A stretch of 64,000 nucleotides of DNA from an uncultured Candidatus Saccharibacteria bacterium (GTDB taxonomy: Bacteria; Patescibacteriota; JABMPQ01; JAQVVF01): positions 265,852-329,851 of the forward strand of contig CAZNOH010000001.1 in assembly GCA_964574655.1 (NCBI GenBank), given 5' to 3'. Shown one piece after another: positions 19,683 through 28,573 of the stretch. Numbering within the stretch: the first letter of the stretch is position 1; each line of letters begins with the position of its first letter. The translations under genes and the position numbers were made by a program. The notes beneath the pieces were generated by a model. It searched no databases and was not told the origin of the DNA. It saw nothing but the letters and a program-made list of their open reading frames with translations.

Positions 19683-19705
19683 AGTTTATAAAGTACCAAA
19701 ATAAT

Positions 19706-20464
19706 ATGTCAGAAAACATTGAAGAAAGATTAGCGGAAGTTCAAGATATCTCTGCTTCTGAAAAAGAAAAGAGAGAGTCTGGTTTGGAATTGGCAAGAGG
19801 GAAAGAATTGGATGAAGTTGTTAAATCAGCTGATAATTTGGCGGGAAAAATTGAGAGTGATGAGAATGTTAAAGGCGAAGATGTTTTGAAATTGGAGGAG
19901 GCTTTGGGAAAAGTGAAGGTCAATGTCTATGGTGAGGAGCTAATCATTGAAGAAATAAGAAAGATACCAGATTGGCGGCAAAATATGGAAATTTGGCATA
20001 AAATTATGGCGATGGAAGGATCGGAAGTCGATGTAGCTCAAGTTGATACGTTAACGCGACAAATAACTTTTTTGCCAGTTGAGGTGGCACAAAAAATTAT
20101 TACTTTTAGTTTAGGTGAGAGATTAAATTTTCCAGTACTAAAAACTGTTTCTAGCAAGACAGCAAGTGTTTTAGCAACTCATGAAGAATTATTTTTAGGC
20201 ATAGAAAAACTAAGTTCAGATGCAACTAGACATTTAGGTCAACAAAAAGGAGTGTTGTATATGTCTGATGTAAAATATCTTTCTGATGAAGTAGTCAGAT
20301 ATTTGAGTTTGCATAAAGGCAGATTATATCTGCCAAGATTAGAAGATGTGTCTGATCAAGCTATAAAATTATTAGCAAAAATGGGTTCTAGATTGCAAGT
20401 AGGGTTAAAGATTGAGAAAAGAATAAATGAAATTAAAAGCAAAAAATTTAAATTTTGGAGATAA
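19706..20464 (+). CDS. Paralog with shared N-terminal module and LRR-like repeats
   Basis: MSENIEE...SGLELARGKELDEVV...LEEALGKVKVN; LNFPVLKTVS / LYLPRLEDVSD repeats. Confidence 0.8.
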   Translation: MSENIEERLAEVQDISASEKEKRESGLELARGKELDEVVKSADNLAGKIESDENVKGEDVLKLEEALGKVKVNVYGEELIIEEIRKIPDWRQNMEIWHKIMAMEGSEVDVAQVDTLTRQITFLPVEVAQKIITFSLGERLNFPVLKTVSSKTASVLATHEELFLGIEKLSSDATRHLGQQKGVLYMSDVKYLSDEVVRYLSLHKGRLYLPRLEDVSDQAIKLLAKMGSRLQVGLKIEKRINEIKSKKFKFWR

Positions 20465-20466
20465 TT

Positions 20467-21252
20467 ATGCCAGAAAATATTGAAGGAAAATTAGCGCAAG
20501 CTCAGGATGTTTCTGCTACTGAAAAAGAAAGTAGAGGGCCTGGTTTGGAATTGGCAAAAAGTGAAGAAAAAGGTGGCGTGATTGAAGTAGTAAGTGAAAT
20601 ATCTCAAGCATTAGAAAAAGATGATCCGGTTACACAGGAAAAAGTTGATAAATTAGAGGAAGCTTTGCAAAATGTAAAAGTTGATTTTGGCGGTGAGGGA
20701 ATTCCAATAGTTGAAATAAAAGACGATCCAGAAATGATGAATAATATAAGAATTTGGAATATGATTAAGTCTGGAAGCTTGGATGGGATAGGTGTTTTTA
20801 TGATGGCTCGTGATTTGACAAGAATTACGCCTGGGATTTTAAAAATAATTGTTAGTCATAGTGCTGCCTGGGATTCATTATCTTTAAGAGAAGTATCTAT
20901 TTTTTCTGACGATTGTGCAAAGGAATTAAGAGGCTATAATGGTTTTATTGATTTAAGATTAGTTACAAATTTGTCAGATGAAGCAATGGATGATTTGGCG
21001 CATAATACAAATAATGCTATAAATTTGAAAGCAATAACTAGTCTTTCTGATAGACAAGCTCTTGCTTTAAGTAAATTGAAGGGTAGCGTATATTTGGATA
21101 ATTTGGAATCAATTTCTGAAACAGGAATAAGACATTTAGCAAGAAATGATAGAGATAAAATCGTTTTGTCTGGAGAAATGGATGAAAAGGTCGAGAGATA
21201 TCGATCAACTTGGTCTAAATTGAAAAAACGGCTTAGCAAAACAAAAAAATAA
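20467..21252 (+). CDS. Paralog with shared N-terminal module and LRR-like repeats
   Basis: MPENIEG...PGLELAK...LEEALQNVKVDFGGE; IDLRLVTNLSD / INLKAITSLSD / VYLDNLESISE. Confidence 0.8.
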   Translation: MPENIEGKLAQAQDVSATEKESRGPGLELAKSEEKGGVIEVVSEISQALEKDDPVTQEKVDKLEEALQNVKVDFGGEGIPIVEIKDDPEMMNNIRIWNMIKSGSLDGIGVFMMARDLTRITPGILKIIVSHSAAWDSLSLREVSIFSDDCAKELRGYNGFIDLRLVTNLSDEAMDDLAHNTNNAINLKAITSLSDRQALALSKLKGSVYLDNLESISETGIRHLARNDRDKIVLSGEMDEKVERYRSTWSKLKKRLSKTKK

Positions 21253-21363
21253 CGAGATCATATATCTCGTTTTTTGATTGAAAAAAATCTGTTAATTACT
21301 AATGTGATTTTCCCAATTATTATGTTATACTTATGTTAGTTTTTAATAATTAATTTTAAAATT

Positions 21364-21594
21364 ATGGCAGTTGATAAAGAATCAGGTGTGCCTGAGGATG
21401 TAAAAGGTTGGGAGGCACCAGAAAGTGAAAAAGCAATAAAGGAAGAAGCAGAAAAATTATCAAGTTTGGAAGAGCAACTAAATAAGGCGAAAATCATTTT
21501 TCAAGGAGAAGAGATGACGGTTGGAGAGCTTAGAAGACGAATGAAAGAAGATCCTACTCTTTTAGAACAAGCAAAATCTTCTGATAAAAAATAA
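21364..21594 (+). CDS. Small acidic protein resembling the stand-alone N-terminal module
   Basis: LEEQLNKAKIIFQGEEMTVGEL resembles LDEALGRLKVNFGAKGETMTIAEL. Confidence 0.6.
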   Translation: MAVDKESGVPEDVKGWEAPESEKAIKEEAEKLSSLEEQLNKAKIIFQGEEMTVGELRRRMKEDPTLLEQAKSSDKK

Positions 21595-21687
21595 GCAAAA
21601 ATTGATTTTAAAAGAATGTTATAAAATAATATTAATAGCATTCTTTTTTTATTGAAAAAAAATATGTTTTAGTATAGAATCTAGAAT

Positions 21688-21753
21688 ATGGTAAAAGATA
21701 TTAAAAGTATCCGAAATTTTTGTATTATTGCACGTTATTTAAAAATATGTTAG
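21688..21753 (+). pseudogene. Duplicated lepA 5' fragment
   Basis: MVKDIKSIRNFCIIA matches LepA IRNFSIIA; preceded by TTGAAA-17-TAGAAT promoter. Confidence 0.8.
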
Positions 21754-21778
21754 CTTAGGTATGTAAGCTAACTTTAAA

Positions 21779-22600
21779 ATGGCAAGAATAATAATATCAA
21801 AAAAAGAACTAATTTATTTATACTGGAAGAAAGGCTTATCTCCTTATAAAATTGCAGATTTGTACAATTGCAGTTTTAGTACTGTAACAAATCGAATGAA
21901 GGATCATAAGATACCTTTTAGAGATTCTGTAGATGCTAAAATGAAGTATAAAAAATTTAATTTTAGTGGTAATTTAGAAGAAAAAGCTTATTTGTTGGGA
22001 TTTGCTTTGGGTGATTTGAGCGTTTGTAAAAAAAGTGTTAATTCGAAAACAATAGTTGTCCGTTGCCATACGACCAATGATACTCAGGTTCGGATCATAG
22101 AAAAAATGTTTGAAAAATATGGGAAAGTTACAGTATCAACATCAAAATATGGTGCAAATATTAATTGTTTTTTAGATCTTTCATTTGATTTTCTTCTTGG
22201 GAAAAAAGATTATGTTGGTGTTTGGATTAACGAACAAAAAGAATTTGGACTTGCTTTTCTGGCAGGTTATACTGATGCAGAAGGTAGTTTTGGCATAAAT
22301 CAAGGAAGGGGGCGTTTCAAAATTGATTCTTATGATAAAAATATTCTTAATTGGGCATACAAAATGTTGGTTGAAATGGGAATATTGGCTAAGATTAGAA
22401 TGATTGGAAAGAGAGGAGAATTAAGAAGCGATGGGACATATTTTAAGAAAGATCTTTGGAGATTGACTATAAATAAAGCTGACTCATTATATAAATTTAT
22501 AGGGTTAATAAGATTTTATTTAAAACATGGAAAAAGGAGAAAAGACATGTTCAAAGTTTATAGGAATGTAAAGTTAAGAAAAAAAAGAGGAACAGTTTAA
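21779..22600 (+). CDS. LAGLIDADG homing endonuclease with N-terminal HTH
   Basis: Two motifs AYLLGFALGD and AFLAGYTDAEGS; N-terminal LSPYKIADLYNCSFSTV HTH. Confidence 0.85.
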   Translation: MARIIISKKELIYLYWKKGLSPYKIADLYNCSFSTVTNRMKDHKIPFRDSVDAKMKYKKFNFSGNLEEKAYLLGFALGDLSVCKKSVNSKTIVVRCHTTNDTQVRIIEKMFEKYGKVTVSTSKYGANINCFLDLSFDFLLGKKDYVGVWINEQKEFGLAFLAGYTDAEGSFGINQGRGRFKIDSYDKNILNWAYKMLVEMGILAKIRMIGKRGELRSDGTYFKKDLWRLTINKADSLYKFIGLIRFYLKHGKRRKDMFKVYRNVKLRKKRGTV

Positions 22601-22610
22601 AAATATTTTT

Positions 22611-24395
22611 ATGAATATTAATTTAATTAGAAATTTTTCGATTATTGCTCACGTGGATCACGGAAAATCGACATTGGCGGATCGTCTTTTGGAATTGACA
22701 AAAACTGTTGAAAAGCGAAAAATGCAGGATCAGATGCTTGATCAAATGGATCTAGAACGAGAGAGAGGTATTACGATAAAACTTCAACCAGTAAGGATGG
22801 ATTATAAATATAATAATCAAGATTATATTTTGAATTTGATTGATACTCCTGGTCATGTTGATTTTACTTATGAGGTATCGCGAAGTATTGCAGCTTGCGA
22901 AGGCGCTTTGTTATTAGTTGATGCAACGAAAGGCGTGCAGGCTCAAACGATTGCCAATCTTTATTTAGCATTAGAGCATGATTTGGAGATTATTCCAATT
23001 ATAAATAAAATTGATTTACCGAATGCAAATGTAGAACAGGTCAGTCGAGAAATTGTGCAACTATTAGGCTGTAAAGAAGATGAGATTATGAGGATTTCTG
23101 CAAAGACTGGAGAAGGCGTGCCATATGTTTTGGAAAAAATTGTTGAGAAAATTCCTGTTCCTGAAAAATCAGATAGCGATGAATTAAAATCTTTAATTTT
23201 TGATTCAGTTTTTAGTGAGTACAAGGGCGCAATTGCTTATGTTAGGATTTTTTCTGGATCTGTAAAAATTGGCGATACAATAAAAATGATGTCAACTGGC
23301 AAGGAATCGGAAGTTTTGGAAGTTGGTGTTTTTAAGCCAAAGCAATTTGAAATAGATAAATTAACTTCAGGTGAAGTAGGCTATATAGTTGCTGGTTTGA
23401 AAGAAGTTTCTGAATGCAGAGTTGGCGGGACTATAGCTTCGGTTAACGTGAAAGAGCCGTTGCCTGGATATAAAGAAGTGAAGCCAATGGTTTTTGCTTC
23501 TTTTTATCCAGAAAATGCTGATGATTTTGACGATCTGAAAGATGCTTTGGGAAAATTAAAATTAAATGATGCAGCATTAGATTATGAAATAGAATCGTCA
23601 AAAGCTTTAGGCAGAGGTTTTCGTTGCGGATTTTTGGGATTGTTGCATTTGGAAATTATTACTGAAAGATTGAAAAGAGAGTATGGTTTGATTTTAACAA
23701 TCACTGTTCCGTCAGTTGCTTATGAAATTAATCTTAAATCAAAAAAACAGATAATAATTTTTAGCGCGGCTGATTTGCCAGATATGAGCTTGGTAGAAAG
23801 CATTGCTGAGCCTTGGGTTTCTATGGATATTATTTCGCCAAGTACTTATGTGGGAAAGTTGATGGAACTAATGCAATATTACAGAGGACAATACAAAGAT
23901 ACTGAATATTTGGATGAAGCTAGATCTATTTTGCATTATGATGTGCCGTTAGCAGAAGTAATTACAGACTTTTATGATAAATTAAAAAGCGTATCAAGTG
24001 GATACGCATCAGTTAATTATGAAATTTCTGATTATAAAATTGAAGATTTAGTAAGACTTGATGTTTTGGTTGCTTCTGATTTAGTGTTAGCTTTATCTAG
24101 AATTATTCCAAGAGCGAGGGTTCTTTCAGAAGCAAAGAGTTTAGTTAAAAAATTAAAAAAAGTTGTACCACAACAAAGTTTTCAAGTTTCTTTGCAGGCA
24201 GCAATCGGTGGAAAAATAATTGCTCGTGAAGATATAAAAGCAATGAGAAAAGATGTTATTGCAAAATTGTATGGCGGAGATGTGACAAGAAAAAAGAAAT
24301 TATTAGAGAAACAGAAGAAAGGAAAAAGAAAGATGAAAGAATTAGGACGAGTCAGAATTCCACAGGAAGCATTTTTGGAAGTGTTGAAAAAGTAA
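22611..24395 (+). CDS. lepA: Elongation factor 4
   Basis: IRNFSIIAHVDHGKSTLADR, ERERGITIK, GFRCGFLGLLH, YGGDVTRKKKLLEKQK. Confidence 0.98.
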   Translation: MNINLIRNFSIIAHVDHGKSTLADRLLELTKTVEKRKMQDQMLDQMDLERERGITIKLQPVRMDYKYNNQDYILNLIDTPGHVDFTYEVSRSIAACEGALLLVDATKGVQAQTIANLYLALEHDLEIIPIINKIDLPNANVEQVSREIVQLLGCKEDEIMRISAKTGEGVPYVLEKIVEKIPVPEKSDSDELKSLIFDSVFSEYKGAIAYVRIFSGSVKIGDTIKMMSTGKESEVLEVGVFKPKQFEIDKLTSGEVGYIVAGLKEVSECRVGGTIASVNVKEPLPGYKEVKPMVFASFYPENADDFDDLKDALGKLKLNDAALDYEIESSKALGRGFRCGFLGLLHLEIITERLKREYGLILTITVPSVAYEINLKSKKQIIIFSAADLPDMSLVESIAEPWVSMDIISPSTYVGKLMELMQYYRGQYKDTEYLDEARSILHYDVPLAEVITDFYDKLKSVSSGYASVNYEISDYKIEDLVRLDVLVASDLVLALSRIIPRARVLSEAKSLVKKLKKVVPQQSFQVSLQAAIGGKIIAREDIKAMRKDVIAKLYGGDVTRKKKLLEKQKKGKRKMKELGRVRIPQEAFLEVLKK

Positions 24396-24441
24396 CAAGC
24401 GCTGATTTGACGCTGATTTCTAACGCTGATCTGACGTTGAT
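24396..24441 (+). repeat. CGCTGAT tandem repeat
   Basis: Near copy of 10876-10921. Confidence 0.85.
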
Positions 24442-24669
24442 ATTGAATTTTGCCAATGACTTAAAATTCTGCTATACTTTAAGTCAAGGCAGGAAAAATC
24501 AGCCAAGTTAAAACGAGGGTAACTGTTACGCCGACAAGGACAATCCAAATAATTTTTTTCTTTAGTTTATTTTGCATATAATACACTAATTATCACTAAT
24601 AACTCTAATTTACACTAATAAAATATTAGTGGCAATTAGTGGTATTAGCGAGGTATTAGAGTGAGGCCT

Positions 24670-25257
24670 ATGTTTGAAGATTATTTAACCCAAGATTTAA
24701 AACAAGACGAGGAAGTGGTGGTTATTTTTCGAAAAAGTTGGGGAAGCCGTCTAGCTTCTATTTTAAAGATTATTTTATTTTTGGCAATACCACTTGTTTT
24801 TTCTTTTGTTTTACTGACACATTGGCTGGGCGGAATTATTTTTACTTTATTATTGTTGTGGGCAGTTTTTTACGCTCTATATGTATGGATGAATTGGTAT
24901 TTTGATAGCGTTGTAATCACAAATCAAAGAATCATTAAAGTTAGTCAAAAAGGGCTTTTTAATAGAGCAGTTGAAGAATTTCCTTTAGATCATGTTGGAA
25001 ATGTTAGTTATGAAATTCCTGGTTTTTTAGCAACTTTTTTTAAATATGGTACCTTAAAGATTGAAATGGATTATGGTAAGAAGACAGATTTAGAGTGTTT
25101 AAGCGGTCCGAGACAAACTCAAGACTTGCTTATAGAATTAGCGCGTTTAGCTCGCAAAAAAATATCAGCAGAAGAATTGATTGAATTTATTTCTCGCGTG
25201 AAGTGGGATGTCTATAAAAGAGAGGGAGGGTTGAAGAAGAAAGAGAAGATAGAGTGA
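24670..25257 (+). CDS. Membrane protein with bacterial PH (bPH_2) domain
   Basis: Two TM segments, then ITNQRII..QKGLF...F..YGTL.I. Confidence 0.7.
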   Translation: MFEDYLTQDLKQDEEVVVIFRKSWGSRLASILKIILFLAIPLVFSFVLLTHWLGGIIFTLLLLWAVFYALYVWMNWYFDSVVITNQRIIKVSQKGLFNRAVEEFPLDHVGNVSYEIPGFLATFFKYGTLKIEMDYGKKTDLECLSGPRQTQDLLIELARLARKKISAEELIEFISRVKWDVYKREGGLKKKEKIE

Positions 25258-25396
25258 ATTTCTAATTTCTAATTTTTAATTTCTATTAAATTTTTAATGC
25301 TTTAATTTTTAAACTCTACGGGTTAGATAGTATTAGATGTTTAGAAATTAGTTTATTGAAAATTTAATAGAAATTAGAAATTAAGAATTATAAATT
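25256..25396. repeat. AATTTCT/AGAAATT hairpin element
   Basis: Homologous to 8460-8584. Confidence 0.8.
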
Positions 25397-25400
25397 TGTA

Positions 25401-25793
25401 ATGAAAAAGCGATTATTAACTAAAAAATGGTCTTTGCGCTTGATAACTGTCACTGGTCTTGTTTTTGTAATTTTTATTGCAATGGGCTTGGTAAGAGAGC
25501 TTGTTAATCGTTATATGATAAATCAGGAAATTGAAAAAGTGCAATCAGAAATTAATACTTTAGAAAGAAAAAATAAAGAATTGGCCGGATTGGTTGATTA
25601 TCTAAACACCGATGCTTTCAAAGAAATTCAGGCTAGGCAAAATTTAGGAATGCAAAAAGATGGCGAAACAGCTGTTTCAATAGAGTCTTTGCCAGACAAT
25701 ATAAATAGCATGGCTGAACTTTCTCAAGATAGTAATGATCAAAGTGACAAGACTAACATTGGAAAATGGTGGGGTTATTTTTTCTCAAAGTAG
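25401..25793 (+). CDS. Septum formation initiator (FtsB/DivIC family)
   Basis: TM, coiled coil, EIQARQNLGMQKDGE. Confidence 0.8.
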   Translation: MKKRLLTKKWSLRLITVTGLVFVIFIAMGLVRELVNRYMINQEIEKVQSEINTLERKNKELAGLVDYLNTDAFKEIQARQNLGMQKDGETAVSIESLPDNINSMAELSQDSNDQSDKTNIGKWWGYFFSK

Positions 25794-25867
25794 CAAGTAT
25801 TATGTAGAAAGTAGAAAGTAGTCAAACTACTTGCTACTTGCTATTTACTACTTAAGTTTTTAAAAAA

Positions 25868-26956
25868 ATGGAAAATTTAATTGAAAAACCAGTTGAAGAA
25901 AAAAAGAACGAGAATGATTCTTTTTTGCCGGTTCAAAAGAAAAAAAACAAAAATATAATTTGGATTGTTTTGGGAACTATTTTAGCTGTAATCGTTTTAG
26001 GATTTGTGGCTTGGAAATTTGGTTTTTCTGGTAATTTGGGCGGAAGGATTTCAAAAATGTTTCCGCTTCCTGTAGTTAGAGTAAACGGTGGTTTTGTGAT
26101 GTCATCAAAATTAGACAAAAATTATCGAGCATTAAAATTCTTTTATGATTCTCAAGAAGGCCAGTCTGAAGAAAAAATTAGCGATTTAGATATTAATAAA
26201 ATGGCCTTAGATCGTTTGATTGAAGACAAAGTTGTCAGCCAGTTGTCAGAAAAATATAATATTAAAATTTCAAAAGAAGATATTGAAAAAGAATACAAAT
26301 TAGTTTTAGCTGATTATGATACTGAAGATGAATTAAAGAAAGAAATTAAGAATTTGTATGATATGGATATCTTAGAATTTAAAAAAGAAATCTTAGAACC
26401 TTCTTTGATGTATGATAAATTGTTAAAATCATATTTGATGGATGACAAAATTGATAAAGATAGAAAAGTAAAAAGTGATGAGGTGAAGAAAAAGGCTGAG
26501 GATGCTTTAGCAAAATTGAAGAATGGAAAAGATTTTGCAGAGTTAGCAAAGGAAGTAAGCGAAGATAAATCAACTAAAAAAGATGGTGGTAATTTAGGTT
26601 TTTTTGGCAAGGATGAAATGGAATTGGAATTTGAGACTGCGGCGTTTAAATTAAATGCCGGTGAAACAAGTGAAATTGTCAGAACTATTGAAGGATTTCA
26701 TATTATTAAATTAGACAAGAAAAAAGGATCTGGCGATAATGAGCAAGTCAAGGCTTTTCATATCTTTTTCAAAGTGAAAGATGATTTTGATAAATGGTTC
26801 TTAGATCAAAAGAAAAAAGCAAAAGTTAAAATTTATGTTAAAGATATAAAATGGAATAAAGAGCAGGCTACAATTGAAGGTTTGAATGTTGAAAATGCAG
26901 ATACTTCAGCTGAGGATGTACAGATTGAGGACGTGGAAGTTGAGCCAGTCAAATGA
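25868..26956 (+). CDS. Parvulin-type peptidyl-prolyl isomerase (PrsA/SurA-like)
   Basis: DFAELAKEVSED..GGNLGFF..M..EFE.AAF...GFHIIK. Confidence 0.88.
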   Translation: MENLIEKPVEEKKNENDSFLPVQKKKNKNIIWIVLGTILAVIVLGFVAWKFGFSGNLGGRISKMFPLPVVRVNGGFVMSSKLDKNYRALKFFYDSQEGQSEEKISDLDINKMALDRLIEDKVVSQLSEKYNIKISKEDIEKEYKLVLADYDTEDELKKEIKNLYDMDILEFKKEILEPSLMYDKLLKSYLMDDKIDKDRKVKSDEVKKKAEDALAKLKNGKDFAELAKEVSEDKSTKKDGGNLGFFGKDEMELEFETAAFKLNAGETSEIVRTIEGFHIIKLDKKKGSGDNEQVKAFHIFFKVKDDFDKWFLDQKKKAKVKIYVKDIKWNKEQATIEGLNVENADTSAEDVQIEDVEVEPVK

Positions 26957-27085
26957 TACAAATCTGACACAAATTTAGGAAAAATTCTACACAAATAACA
27001 CAAATTAAAACCCGTCTTGATGGCGGGTTTTTTTTCTACCTGGCTTTAGCCAAGGGGTCGGAAAGCTTTAGCTTTAGTTTACGGA

Positions 27086-27158
27086 AGCCGAAGGAGAGAA
27101 TCGAACTCTCGACCTCCACTTTACGAAAGTGTTGCTCTACCGACTGAGCTACTCCGGC
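27086..27158 (-). tRNA. tRNA-Thr(CGU)
   Basis: GCCGGAGTAGCTCAG...TT-CGT-AA...GTTCGATT cloverleaf. Confidence 0.92.
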
Positions 27159-27169
27159 AATTTAAAATT

Positions 27170-27240
27170 AGCGAGTAATGAGAATCGAACTCACATATCT
27201 TGCTTGGGAAGCAGGCGCACTACCACTGTGCTATACTCGC
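27170..27240 (-). tRNA. tRNA-Gly(CCC)
   Basis: GCGAGTATAGCACAGTGGTAGTGC...TT-CCC-AA...GTTCGATT. Confidence 0.9.
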
Positions 27241-27337
27241 CCCGTACCAAGTTTCTGCTTTTATTGCTTTTAGCTTTGATTATAGTTTACTGAAATCAGA
27301 GCTACGGGCTTTAATCACCAGAAACTTGGTACGGGGC
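27239..27337. repeat. Long palindromic element abutting the tRNA-Gly 5' end
   Basis: 19-bp perfect inverted repeat gccccgtaccaagtttctg / cagaaacttggtacggggc. Confidence 0.8.
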
Positions 27338-27398
27338 ACGCATTAGAAGAATTATAAATGATTTCAAAAAAAATGTAAATTGTGGTAAAATAGAAAAT

Positions 27399-27426
27399 GT
27401 AGGGGTTCAAGATTTTGAATCCCTAC
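27399..27426. repeat. GTAG-type REP-like palindrome
   Basis: gtaggggttcaa-gatt-ttgaatccctac. Confidence 0.6.
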
Positions 27427-27447
27427 CGATAAATTAAAATTAAAAAT

Positions 27448-28530
27448 ATGTTAGAACAAAAAGATGTAATAAAATTAAATCGTTTACAAAGCGATAAAGA
27501 AGATGTGGTAACAATTTATTTGAATTGCGATCAAAGGCGCTATAAGCCGGAAGAAATTGAAATAAAACTGAAAGATTTATTAAAAGTCGTTGAAGAAAAA
27601 CTAGGAGTTGAGGCGACAAAACAAGTTGAAGATTGGATTGATTTAAGGCTGGATAAAAGAGTCAGAGGCATGGCGTTTTATGCCTCGCCATCAAAGAATT
27701 TTTGGTCAATTTATAAATTTCCTTGTCCAATAAAATCCGGAGCCTATATTGAAAAAAATGTCCACATTGAGCAATTATTGCAAGTATTAGATGAATTAGA
27801 AAGATATTGTGTTGTTGTCTGTGATAAAGAAAAAGCAAAGATTTTTACAGTTTTTTTGGGCGTGATTCAGGATTTTAGTTATATTTTTGATGAATTTCCT
27901 GGAAAGCATGCTCAAGGTGGTTGGTCTCAGCAAGGAAATGCCTTACACATTGAAGAACATTTGCATCGCCATTTGAAAAAGATTAATGAGCAGTTATTCA
28001 AATTTTGGAAAGAAAGAGGATTCGACAGATTGATTTTAGCAGGCTCAAAAGAAATTTTGCCAGAATTAAGGAAGCTTTTGCATACAGAATTAAAAAATAG
28101 AGTTGTTGGCGAGTTTTTTACTGAATTATTCAAGTCTAATGAACATTTTTTGGAGCAGTCTTTAATAGTTGCGGAAAAAATAGAAAGAAAAAATGAAGCA
28201 ATGCTAGTTGAAGAATTGAATAATAGTTTGAATGGCAAGCTGGCAATTGCTGGACTAAAAAATGTTTTGGATGCAGCGCAAGAAAGAGATGTCAGAGTTT
28301 TATTATTAGATTCTAAACTAAGTACAACTGGCAAAAAATGTCCAAATTGTGATTTTTTAGGATTGGATGAAATTGTTTGCCCTTATTGCAGTTTTAAAAC
28401 AGAAGATGTTAAGGATATTGTTGATGAATTAGTACAAAAAGTTTTTAGCCATAAAGCAAAGATTGAATTTGTGGAAGATAACGAAACATTATCAGGATTG
28501 GGTGGGATTGGAGCGATGCTGCGTTTTTAG
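27448..28530 (+). CDS. Bacterial archaeo-eukaryotic release factor-like protein (baeRF)
   Basis: GKHAQGGWSQ, RLILAG, CPNC..CPYC zinc ribbon, C-terminal GGIGAMLRF. Confidence 0.85.
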   Translation: MLEQKDVIKLNRLQSDKEDVVTIYLNCDQRRYKPEEIEIKLKDLLKVVEEKLGVEATKQVEDWIDLRLDKRVRGMAFYASPSKNFWSIYKFPCPIKSGAYIEKNVHIEQLLQVLDELERYCVVVCDKEKAKIFTVFLGVIQDFSYIFDEFPGKHAQGGWSQQGNALHIEEHLHRHLKKINEQLFKFWKERGFDRLILAGSKEILPELRKLLHTELKNRVVGEFFTELFKSNEHFLEQSLIVAEKIERKNEAMLVEELNNSLNGKLAIAGLKNVLDAAQERDVRVLLLDSKLSTTGKKCPNCDFLGLDEIVCPYCSFKTEDVKDIVDELVQKVFSHKAKIEFVEDNETLSGLGGIGAMLRF

Positions 28531-28573
28531 TTTTAAAGCTATAAAGTGGAATATTTAATATTTATTTAAAAAT

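Noticed and set aside
19637-19705. ORF-track starts at 19637, 8582, 34294, 41657, 43992, 52297, 56282 and 58502
   Set aside because: Downstream ATGs fit SD position, homology or paralog starts better
21688-22610. Group I intron or intein in lepA
   Set aside because: No room for a ribozyme core, no intein terminal residues, and the downstream lepA is complete on its own
24452-24550. Riboswitch or DGR template in the leader after lepA
   Set aside because: A promoter-like TTGCCA-17-TATACT is present, but there is no recognisable aptamer and no similarity to the candidate variable region
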